Assembly (NCBI GenBank): GCA_964632865.1
Contig: CAZWDH010000003.1
Span: 1 to 61,435, forward strand
Direction of reading: 5' to 3'
Origin: an uncultured Nitrospiraceae bacterium
Lineage (GTDB): Bacteria > Hydrogenedentota > Hydrogenedentia > Hydrogenedentales > SLHB01
Length of the DNA stretch: 61,435 bases
A program made the translations under genes and the position numbers. Below, one piece after another: positions 1 through 7,133 of this stretch; within the stretch, counting starts at the first letter, position 1, and the number at the start of each line of letters is the position of its first letter. The notes beneath the pieces were generated by a model that did no database searches, was not told the DNA's origin, and saw only the letters and a list, made by a program, of their open reading frames with translations.

Positions 1-131
1 AAGGAGTGATCGACGGGGATACGCCAAGGTTGATCGTCGGCGAACGCCACGTACGCTGCGGTCACCGTCATGAACGTGGCGCAGAAGCACAACCGGACGC
101 GGAGCTTTGAAAACGTAGATGTCCCCTTCAT
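1..131 (-). CDS. Partial CDS (N-terminus only, runs off the left edge): secreted protein of unknown function
   Basis: ATG at 131 on the minus strand reads MKGTSTFSKLRVRLCFCATFMTVTAAYVAFADDQPW..., signal-peptide-like and open to the window edge. Not in the ORF track because it is truncated. Confidence 0.35.
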   Translation of the reverse strand, partial: MKGTSTFSKLRVRLCFCATFMTVTAAYVAFADDQPWRIPVDHS

Positions 132-188
132 GCACACATCCTCACTTGAATAACTGCCGCACGATCGTTGCACAAGAGTGTACGCAAG

Positions 189-296
189 AAAAATGGGGAC
201 AGCCACCATTTTCCTTCTGAGCGACTTTGTAAAGTACGCCGTGATCTACAAGGAAAATGGTGGCTGTCCCCATTTTTCGTGGCTGTCCCCATTTTT
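189..296. repeat. Palindromic intergenic element, GGGGACAG family copy 1. It has 26-bp perfect arms, an extra direct half-copy, and looks like a bidirectional terminator.
   Basis: AAAAATGGGGACAGCCACCATTTTCC at 189-214 is the exact reverse complement of 252-277, with a 37-nt loop. A further CGTGGCTGTCCCCATTTTT copy lies at 278-296. The element starts right after the ATPase stop (297-299) and has T-runs on both strands. Confidence 0.85.
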
Positions 297-2465
297 CTAC
301 TCGCGGGTGGCGAGCAGGCGGAGGCCGTTGAAGATGACGATGAGCGACGCGCCCATGTCGGCGAGGATGGCGAGCCAGAGTGTCCCCCATCCGGCGAGTG
401 CGAGCGCGAAAACGACGACCTTGAGACCCAGCGCAATGACCACGTTCTGGCGGATGATCCGAACGGTGCGCCGCGAATGTTCGACGAGCCAGGGGACTTT
501 TGAGAGGTCGTCGGACATGAGCGCCACGTCGGCGGTTTCGATGGCAGCATCGCTCCCCGCGGCGCCCATGGCTATCGCGAGACTCGACGCAGCCATGGCC
601 GGCGCGTCGTTTACGCCGTCCCCGACCATGGCGGTAGGTCCGTGGCGGTCGACGATCTCGCGAAGGCGCTCGACCTTGTCCTCCGGGAGCTGCTCGGCGT
701 AATACTCGTCCACGCCGACCGCTGCCGCAAGCTCGCGCGCGGTGCGTTCGTTGTCGCCGGTAATCATAATGACGTGCGCTACACCGGCCCGCTTCAAGGC
801 GGCTACCGCGTCTCGGCTTTCCGCGCGAACCTCATCGGCAACGGCGATGAGGCCGCAGACGTGCGCTTCCGTGCCGAGCATGACCACCGTGTGTCCCGCG
901 TCTTCAATGGCAGTGGCGTGTACGTTCGCGACGTCATCATCGTGACCACGTTCCCGTAAGAGACGATGGCTGCCAATCCAATACACCCGATCGCCGATGC
1001 GTGCCTCCGCCCCTTTGCCTTCAATGGCGTGATAGGACTCGGCGGGCGTAAAAGCAACCTGCTGTTCGTGCGCGTGCCGCACTACCGCTTCCGCCACCGG
1101 ATGACGGCTGAGGGATTCAATGCCGGCGGCCATGGAAAGCAATTCTTCGACGTTGTGGCCGTTCAGCGGGATGACCCGCTGCACACGCGGTTCGCCCAAG
1201 GTCAGCGTGCCGGTTTTGTCCATGGCGATGGCCTTGAGTTGGGCCGGCATCTCGAGGTACGCGCCGCCCTTGATCAAAACACCGGCGCGCGCCGCCCGCG
1301 TCAATCCCGCGACGATGCTGACGGGCGTGGATATTACGAGGGCGCAGGGACACGCGATCACCAACAATACGAGCGCGAGGTAGACGGAGTCACTCCACGC
1401 GGTCAGGCCAAGAAGCGGTGGCAGTACCGCGACGAGAATAGCCAGGATCATCATGGCGGGCGTGTAGTAGCGGGCGAAGCGTTCCACCCATTGTTCGGCG
1501 GGCGCGCGGCGGCTCTGGGCCTCCTCAACCATGTGAATGATGCGCGCGAGGCTGGAATCTTCGGCGGCCTTGGTGGATCGGAACTCGAAGGACCCTTCGT
1601 TGTTGATGGTACCGGCGTAGACTTCGTCGCCTTCACCCTTGGGTACGGGGACGGACTCGCCCGTGATGGGTGCCTGGTTGATGGATGTAGCGCCACGCGT
1701 CACGACTCCGTCCAGCGGAACGCGTTCGCCGGGCAGCACGGATACGGTTGAGCCCACGGGAACCTCGCCTACGGGGGCCTCCCGGAATTGGGCGGCTGTT
1801 TCCCCTGGCGGGTGGTAGCGGGCGGTTTCGGGGGCCATGTCCATCAGCGAGGATATCGCCCTCCGCGCACGGCCCACGCTCCATGACTCAAGGAGCAGTG
1901 CGAGCGAAAACAGGAAGCTCACCATGGCCGCTTCAAACCATTCGCCGAGGATGATCGCCCCGGTAATCGCCACTACCATGAGCAGGTTGATGTCAGGGCG
2001 GAGATTGCGCAAAGCGTACCAAGCTTTCGGAATCACGAACCAGGCGCCAGTCAGCGTGGCTACTGCGAGCAGGGACGTCGCCACCACGCCATACCCATGA
2101 ATGTCAGTCTGGGTAACGGCCCCGCGCAAACCAAGGTTGAGAATCTGCACGACGAACGCCACGACGATACACCCGCCACTTGCGATGCACATGACTTCGC
2201 GGCCGTGGGTCGTCCAGTACCCACCCGCCGAACCGCTCCGGCTCTCGCGGACATGATCCTCCCACGGGATCGCGCGCATGCCTGTCTTACCGATGGCGGC
2301 GCGCATCGCATTTTCCGGCTCGTCGGTTTGCACCGTTAAGCGGCCGTTGATGAGGTCGAAGCGCAGGTCGTCTTCATGTTTCACGAATGGACCCAGCTCA
2401 CGTTTCAGAATAGTGACTTCTTCCGCGCAGTCCATTCCGTGTATCTTGTAAGTGTGGGTTGTCAT
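297..2465 (-). CDS. zntA: Heavy-metal translocating P-type ATPase, P1B-2 (Zn/Cd/Pb exporter, ZntA/CadA-like)
   Basis: 722 aa. N-terminal HMA domain (YKIHGMDCAEEV), TGES (ITGESVPV), CPC in TM6 (VIACPCALVIS), DKTGTLT, GDGVNDAPA, and C-terminal ILADMGASL typical of Zn/Cd pumps. Confidence 0.93.
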   Translation of the reverse strand: MTTHTYKIHGMDCAEEVTILKRELGPFVKHEDDLRFDLINGRLTVQTDEPENAMRAAIGKTGMRAIPWEDHVRESRSGSAGGYWTTHGREVMCIASGGCIVVAFVVQILNLGLRGAVTQTDIHGYGVVATSLLAVATLTGAWFVIPKAWYALRNLRPDINLLMVVAITGAIILGEWFEAAMVSFLFSLALLLESWSVGRARRAISSLMDMAPETARYHPPGETAAQFREAPVGEVPVGSTVSVLPGERVPLDGVVTRGATSINQAPITGESVPVPKGEGDEVYAGTINNEGSFEFRSTKAAEDSSLARIIHMVEEAQSRRAPAEQWVERFARYYTPAMMILAILVAVLPPLLGLTAWSDSVYLALVLLVIACPCALVISTPVSIVAGLTRAARAGVLIKGGAYLEMPAQLKAIAMDKTGTLTLGEPRVQRVIPLNGHNVEELLSMAAGIESLSRHPVAEAVVRHAHEQQVAFTPAESYHAIEGKGAEARIGDRVYWIGSHRLLRERGHDDDVANVHATAIEDAGHTVVMLGTEAHVCGLIAVADEVRAESRDAVAALKRAGVAHVIMITGDNERTARELAAAVGVDEYYAEQLPEDKVERLREIVDRHGPTAMVGDGVNDAPAMAASSLAIAMGAAGSDAAIETADVALMSDDLSKVPWLVEHSRRTVRIIRQNVVIALGLKVVVFALALAGWGTLWLAILADMGASLIVIFNGLRLLATRE

Positions 2466-2527
2466 CGCGTTATCCCAACCAAATGCGGACGTGATACATC
2501 AACTAAAACGGTAACACCGGGAACGCG

Positions 2528-2902
2528 CTAGGACTTCCGGCAATCCGCGCAGCGTCCGTAAAGAAAGACTTCATGGTCTTCCATGACGAACCCGGCGGGC
2601 ACCAAGCGGGCCAGGTCCTTGGGGCAGCCGTCGAAGTCGAACATACGGCCGCATTGGCGGCAGGTGAAGTGGTGGTGGTGGTCCTGACCGGACAGCTCGT
2701 ACCGATGGGGTTCGCCTGGGACTTCCACGGGGACGAGCCAGCCTTCTTCGGTGAGACCACGGACGGAGCGATAGACCGTTGCAATGCCCAGATTTGGGAC
2801 GAAGCGGCGCGCGCCTTCCAGGATTTCGTTCGGACTCAGGGGCCGGGCGGCCTCCCGAAAAACCTGTCGAATGGCGCGGCGTTGAGCGGTGTCGCGTTGC
2901 AT
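2528..2902 (-). CDS. zur: Fur-family metalloregulator, most likely Zur
   Basis: The internal ATG at 2902 gives a 124-aa protein, MQRDTAQRRAIRQVF...IATVYRSVRGL..DHHHHFTCRQCG...GRCADCRKS (winged helix plus two CxxC pairs). It is divergent from znuACB. The 237-aa N-terminal extension in the ORF track is not credible. Confidence 0.85.
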   Translation of the reverse strand: MQRDTAQRRAIRQVFREAARPLSPNEILEGARRFVPNLGIATVYRSVRGLTEEGWLVPVEVPGEPHRYELSGQDHHHHFTCRQCGRMFDFDGCPKDLARLVPAGFVMEDHEVFLYGRCADCRKS

Positions 2903-2915
2903 ATTCAGTTCCTGC

Positions 2916-2949
2916 TTGACAACGGTTATCGATAATATATTATCATTAA
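2916..2949 (+). promoter_or_regulatory. Predicted znuA promoter (TTGACA-N16-TATTAT) overlapped by a perfect 14-bp AT-rich palindrome GATAATATATTATC (candidate Zur/Fur box)
   Basis: TTGACA at 2916-2921, TATTAT at 2938-2943, palindrome at 2931-2944. All lie in the zur/znuA divergent intergenic region and are the only strongly AT-rich dyad there. Confidence 0.6.
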
Positions 2950-3059
2950 GAGTCAGCCCACCAATCCCCGCAGCAGTATAGCGAACGGGTCCGTTACCGC
3001 GCCAACGGAGGGTTGGGGCACACTGGCTGCATACCGATCGTTCTGAAAGAAGCGAGGAA

Positions 3060-3953
3060 ATGAACCGATCTGGTGTAACGATAGTCGTCTTGGCGAGCCT
3101 GGTTGCCGCATGCCAACCACGCGAGGCGGCCCCGCGCGAGTATGTAGCGACCATCGCGCCACTGGCCCAAATCGTCAGCGAAGTGGCAGGCGACCGGGTG
3201 ACGGTCCGTACGCTGCTCCAGCCGGGGACTTCGCCGCACACCTACGAGCCCCGGCCAAGCGATATCCGTGCGACCGAACGGGCCCTGGCGGTGTTCTTCG
3301 TGGATGAATCGCTCGACGCTTGGGCAGCGCGGCTGCCCGGCGCCACCAAGGTGAGCGCGTTGACGCTCGTGCCGGAGTCATTTCGGTTATCTTTCGAAGC
3401 GGAAGACGAAAGTTCCGAAGACCACGGGCACGAGCATGAACACGGCCAGTACGACCCCCACTTCTGGGGCGACCCCCTGGCGGTGAAGGCGATGCTGCCC
3501 GCGCTGGTTGAGCGGCTCTCGGAACTGGATCCGGAAGGCTCTACTGCATATGCGCAGAGCGCCGAACGGTTCGCTGCGGAATTGGAACAACTAGACCGCG
3601 ATATGGACGCGCAGATGGCGCCGCTTGCCGGGGCGCCCGTGGTACAGTTTCATCCCAGTTGGAATTACTTTCTTCGGCGCTACGGCTTGAAGCCCGGGGC
3701 GTTGATCGAGCCGTCGCCGGGAAAGGAAGCGACGGCCCAGCACATCGCTGAGGTGGCGGAAACGATCAAGCGCGATGGCATCAAGGCGGTCTTCACGGAA
3801 CCGCAACTGGCGCGCCGTCCGGCGGAGGTCGTCGCGGAAGCGGGCGGGGTGCCGGTGTTCGAACTCGATCCGCTCGGTGGCGTGTCGGGCAGAATGACAT
3901 ACGAAGAGTTGATTCGGTCGAACGCAAAGACGCTGCTTGAGGCCCTTCAATGA
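3060..3953 (+). CDS. znuA: Metal (zinc) ABC transporter substrate-binding lipoprotein, ZnuA/TroA family, with a His/acidic-rich loop
   Basis: 297 aa. Lipobox LASLVAAC, His-rich loop EDESSEDHGHEHEHGQYDPHFW, cluster-9 SBP fold motifs. GAGGAA RBS before the ATG. Confidence 0.9.
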   Translation: MNRSGVTIVVLASLVAACQPREAAPREYVATIAPLAQIVSEVAGDRVTVRTLLQPGTSPHTYEPRPSDIRATERALAVFFVDESLDAWAARLPGATKVSALTLVPESFRLSFEAEDESSEDHGHEHEHGQYDPHFWGDPLAVKAMLPALVERLSELDPEGSTAYAQSAERFAAELEQLDRDMDAQMAPLAGAPVVQFHPSWNYFLRRYGLKPGALIEPSPGKEATAQHIAEVAETIKRDGIKAVFTEPQLARRPAEVVAEAGGVPVFELDPLGGVSGRMTYEELIRSNAKTLLEALQ

Positions 3954-4699
3954 ACGTGCCAGCCATAGAGACCGAACGGGTATCCCTGCGATTCGGCGAT
4001 TTCCATGCCCTGCGCGACATCAGTTTTGCCGCGCCGGTGGGTGCGTTCGTTGCCATCATAGGCCCCAACGGCGCCGGCAAAAGCACCTTGCTGAACGTGA
4101 TCCTTGGCATCCAGAAACCGGACCAGGGAATCGTGCGCATCTTCGGAAATCCGGTGCACGACGTGAACCCGATGGATGTGGGCTTCATACCCCAGGTAAA
4201 GACCCTGGACCGCCGCTTTCCGGGCAAGGCCATCGAATTGGTCGTCACGGGCATGACGCGGCGTTGGCCCTGGCGGGTCAGCACGCAGCAACGGCAACTG
4301 GCGTTGGATGCCATGGAGCAGGCGGGGGTGGCGACCCTCGCGGACCGGTCCATACCCCATTTATCGGGCGGCGAACTGCAGCGGGTGTATCTCGCGCGCT
4401 GTCTCGTGCGAAAACCGAAGCTGCTGATCCTCGACGAGCCCGGCGCCGGCATGGACGTGGCCGGTGAGGCGGAAATGTATCACCTGCTGGAACGGTACCA
4501 GCGCACGACCGAATCGACCGTGCTCATGATTACCCACGACTGGGAAGGCGCGCGGGTTCACGCCACGCACGTCCTCTTGATGCACCAGGGTATCGCCGGA
4601 TTCGGTCCTCCAGAAGAAGTGGCGCGCGAGGAGCGGCTGCTGGCCGTGTTCGGGTTCACGGGCCACCGCGCGGCGAGCGGCGGATCGCGCGATGTTTGA
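3950..4699 (+). CDS. znuC: Zinc ABC transporter ATP-binding protein
   Basis: 249 aa. Walker A GPNGAGKST, signature LSGGELQR, Walker B LLILDEP. ATGA overlap with the znuA stop. Confidence 0.9.
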   Translation: MNVPAIETERVSLRFGDFHALRDISFAAPVGAFVAIIGPNGAGKSTLLNVILGIQKPDQGIVRIFGNPVHDVNPMDVGFIPQVKTLDRRFPGKAIELVVTGMTRRWPWRVSTQQRQLALDAMEQAGVATLADRSIPHLSGGELQRVYLARCLVRKPKLLILDEPGAGMDVAGEAEMYHLLERYQRTTESTVLMITHDWEGARVHATHVLLMHQGIAGFGPPEEVAREERLLAVFGFTGHRAASGGSRDV

Positions 4700-5498
4700 G
4701 GCGCTCCAATATCCCTTCATGCAGCGCGCGCTTGCCGGCGGCGCCATGACCGGCTTCTTGCTGAGTTACTTCGGAACCTTCGTCGTCCAACGGCGGCTGG
4801 CGTTCATGGGCAGCGGACTCGCCCACGCGGCCTTCGGCGGCGTGGCGCTCGGGATACTGCTCCACTGGCAGCCCTTGTGGGTGGCCGTTCCGTTCACGGC
4901 CCTCGTGGCGGTCGGCATCGTCGCCGTGCGCGAACGCACCCAACTCGCGGAGGACACCGCCATTGGTGTTTTCTTCGCCGTGTCCATGGCCTTGGGCATC
5001 GTGTTTCTCTCCATCACCAAGGGCTACACCGGCGATGCCTTCGCGGTGCTGTACGGCTCCATCCTCAGCGTTTCGGGCACGGACCTGATCGTAACCGCCG
5101 TGGTAACGGTTCTTGCCCTGTTCACAATCCCCTTTTGGGGCGTGTGGGCCTACGCGACCTTCGACCGGAGCCTCGCGCAGGCGGACGGCTTGCCGGTCAC
5201 CCGTGCGGATTACATTCTGAACGTGGCCATCGCAGTCGCGGTGGTCGTCGCGATCAAGGTGGTCGGCATCCTGCTCATTGCGGCGTTTCTGGTACTGCCC
5301 GCTGCGGCGGCGCGCTTAGTGACGACAACATTTCGGACGATGACTCTCGTGTCGGTAATCTTGGGCGTCCTCAGCGCGGTCATGGGCCTGATGGTGTCGT
5401 ACTACTCAAACCTGCCAAGCGGGGCGACGATTATCTTGTTGCAGGCGACCATTTTCTTGGTGGCCGTCGGGTTAGGACAGGTACTCAGGAATGATTGA
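4692..5498 (+). CDS. znuB: Zinc ABC transporter permease (ABC-3 family)
   Basis: 268 aa, polytopic, ZnuB/TroCD-like. Overlaps the znuC stop by 8 nt. Confidence 0.88.
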   Translation: MFEALQYPFMQRALAGGAMTGFLLSYFGTFVVQRRLAFMGSGLAHAAFGGVALGILLHWQPLWVAVPFTALVAVGIVAVRERTQLAEDTAIGVFFAVSMALGIVFLSITKGYTGDAFAVLYGSILSVSGTDLIVTAVVTVLALFTIPFWGVWAYATFDRSLAQADGLPVTRADYILNVAIAVAVVVAIKVVGILLIAAFLVLPAAAARLVTTTFRTMTLVSVILGVLSAVMGLMVSYYSNLPSGATIILLQATIFLVAVGLGQVLRND

Positions 5499-5560
5499 TC
5501 GCGATCGGCCGTTTCCTTGGTATACTGAAACTGGCCGGGCACGCCGACGAGGAATTGAAA

Positions 5561-5914
5561 ATGAGCTGTAAATCCCATCGCGGTCACGTCCACAAACACA
5601 GCGCTGACTGCGGACACCTCGCCATCGAACACGAGGGGCACACGGACTTCCTTAAGAACGGGCACCTGCTGCATCCCCATGGCGACCACCACGACGAGCA
5701 CGAGTTGCCGGTAACCGAAACCAACCCCGACGCCTGCACGGAAGGACACACCTGCGAAGGCCATGATCCCGCGCATGTCCACGGTCCCGGTTGCGGCCAT
5801 GAACCCGTTCCCCACGGCGACCATATCGACTACCTTGTCGACGGCCACCTGCACCACCCCCACGGCGACCACTGCGACGACCACGGTCCCGTGAAGATTG
5901 TGGAGCCGGAGTAG
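5561..5914 (+). CDS. Small His-rich metal-binding protein with an internally duplicated GH-x-D[FY]L-x-[ND]GHL-x-HPHGDH motif. Last gene of the znu operon.
   Basis: ATG at 5561 preceded by a GAGGAA RBS; 117 aa, visibly very rich in His plus several Cys. Repeat 1 is GHLAIEHEGHTDFLKNGHLLHPHGDHHDEH. Repeat 2 is GHEPVPHGDHIDYLVDGHLHHPHGDHCDDH. Confidence 0.75.
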   Translation: MSCKSHRGHVHKHSADCGHLAIEHEGHTDFLKNGHLLHPHGDHHDEHELPVTETNPDACTEGHTCEGHDPAHVHGPGCGHEPVPHGDHIDYLVDGHLHHPHGDHCDDHGPVKIVEPE

Positions 5915-5926
5915 GCGAAGTCTCTT

Positions 5927-6841
5927 CTACACGTACTGCTTCAAGAACGATACCGTGCGCGCGAATGCCACCGCGCCGGGTTTAGGTTGATAATCCTGCA
6001 TATCTTCCACGCGCACGCCGCCGTCGAATCCGTGGCCCCCGCCTGGAATCGTGACGAAGTCGTTGAACACCCCCTTCGCTTCCAGTGCCGATGCCATGTC
6101 GCTCGACTGTTCATAGGGCACGTCGGTGTCGTTGGTGCCGTGAAACAACAGCGTGCGCGGGTACTCTTGGGTCACGTTGCGAACGGGACAGTAGGGGTCG
6201 AAGGCGCGCGGTTGCGTGTGGGGAGCGAAGCCGGCCACTTCGTTTGGCCAGAGGCCGTTCTGGCGGCAGTAGAGGTAGAACTGAAATCGTTCGTTGCCGG
6301 GCGGCGGTTCGGTGAGCGGCGCGTTACCCACGGACGCGAGCGCGGTTTCGCGTGACACCGCGGGTTGCTGGCAGTAATGGGGGTCCGGTTCGGCGTACCA
6401 GGGTCCGGCGATGTCGCCGTAGCCGTAGAACGAGACCAGCGCTTTGGGACGCGGCTCGACGCAGAATCCAGACATAAGCGTCAGGTATCCGCCGGCCGAC
6501 CAGCCGATGACGCCCACGCGATCGGGGTCGAAGTGGAAGCGGCGCGCGCCCTCGCCACGAATCCAGCGGAACGCGTCCTGGAGGTCTTCGATGATCGCGG
6601 GCAGCTTCGTCTCGGGCGCGAGCCGGTAATCGATCGAAACTTGCGCGAACCCTTCGCGGGCGCAGAGGAAGCGAAGTGTTTGTCGGATGTTTGTGCGGCT
6701 GCCCATAATCAGCGCGCCGCCATGGACAAGCACCAACACGGGTGCCGGCTTGGCGCTGATTACAGGATAGACGTCCGCCTTGATGGGGAGATCACCGACG
6801 GTCTTGTAGACGACGGTCTCCATGTCGTTGCTCGCGTGCAC
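5927..6841 (-). CDS. Alpha/beta hydrolase (esterase/lipase, HSL-like fold-3 family)
   Basis: 304 aa. Oxyanion motif VHGGALIMGS, nucleophile elbow GWSAGG, C-terminal GGGHGF. Confidence 0.8.
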   Translation of the reverse strand: MHASNDMETVVYKTVGDLPIKADVYPVISAKPAPVLVLVHGGALIMGSRTNIRQTLRFLCAREGFAQVSIDYRLAPETKLPAIIEDLQDAFRWIRGEGARRFHFDPDRVGVIGWSAGGYLTLMSGFCVEPRPKALVSFYGYGDIAGPWYAEPDPHYCQQPAVSRETALASVGNAPLTEPPPGNERFQFYLYCRQNGLWPNEVAGFAPHTQPRAFDPYCPVRNVTQEYPRTLLFHGTNDTDVPYEQSSDMASALEAKGVFNDFVTIPGGGHGFDGGVRVEDMQDYQPKPGAVAFARTVSFLKQYV

Positions 6842-6897
6842 CGAATATCCTATCCCAACTGTTCCATCAGTAGTCGCATTACTGCGAAATCTACTAA

Positions 6898-7059
6898 GAA
6901 CATCCCCCTTAATCCCCCTTCAAAGGGGGAATTGCGTCAACGACAGCAATCGGTATATCCAGCATGACCTGCTCAGAATCCAAGCGATTGGCGACTTGTA
7001 ATGCAACGCAAAGCGTTGCGCGAGTTTCCCCCTTCGAAGGGGGATTAAGGGGGATGTTC
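6898..7059. repeat. MITE-like element: 34-bp terminal inverted repeats flanking a 94-bp structured core
   Basis: GAACATCCCCCTTAATCCCCCTTCAAAGGGGGAA (6898-6931) against TTCCCCCTTCGAAGGGGGATTAAGGGGGATGTTC (7026-7059), with 1 mismatch. Each arm holds its own CCCCCTTC.AAGGGGG hairpin. The core contains the hairpin GCAACGCaaaGCGTTGC. Both arms translate to the NIPLNPPSKGE pseudo-peptide seen in two ORF-track entries. Confidence 0.85.
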
Positions 7060-7133
7060 TTCAAGTATTCGAATCTGAGTTCTGCCTGCAGGCAAATCGG
7101 CTCAGTTTCACCGGCACTATAATACAATCCAGT

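Noticed and set aside
128-702. ORFs translating to MGTATIF/KMGTATKNGDSHHF-type peptides
   Set aside because: They are read-throughs of the palindromic GGGGACAG element and the antisense of the ATPase 3' end. The same pseudo-peptides arise at the second copy (8429-8812).
2903-3241. N-terminal 113 codons of the 237-aa ORF containing zur
   Set aside because: The extension covers the zur/znuA control region and the start of znuA on the other strand. The Fur-family homology begins at the internal Met (2902).
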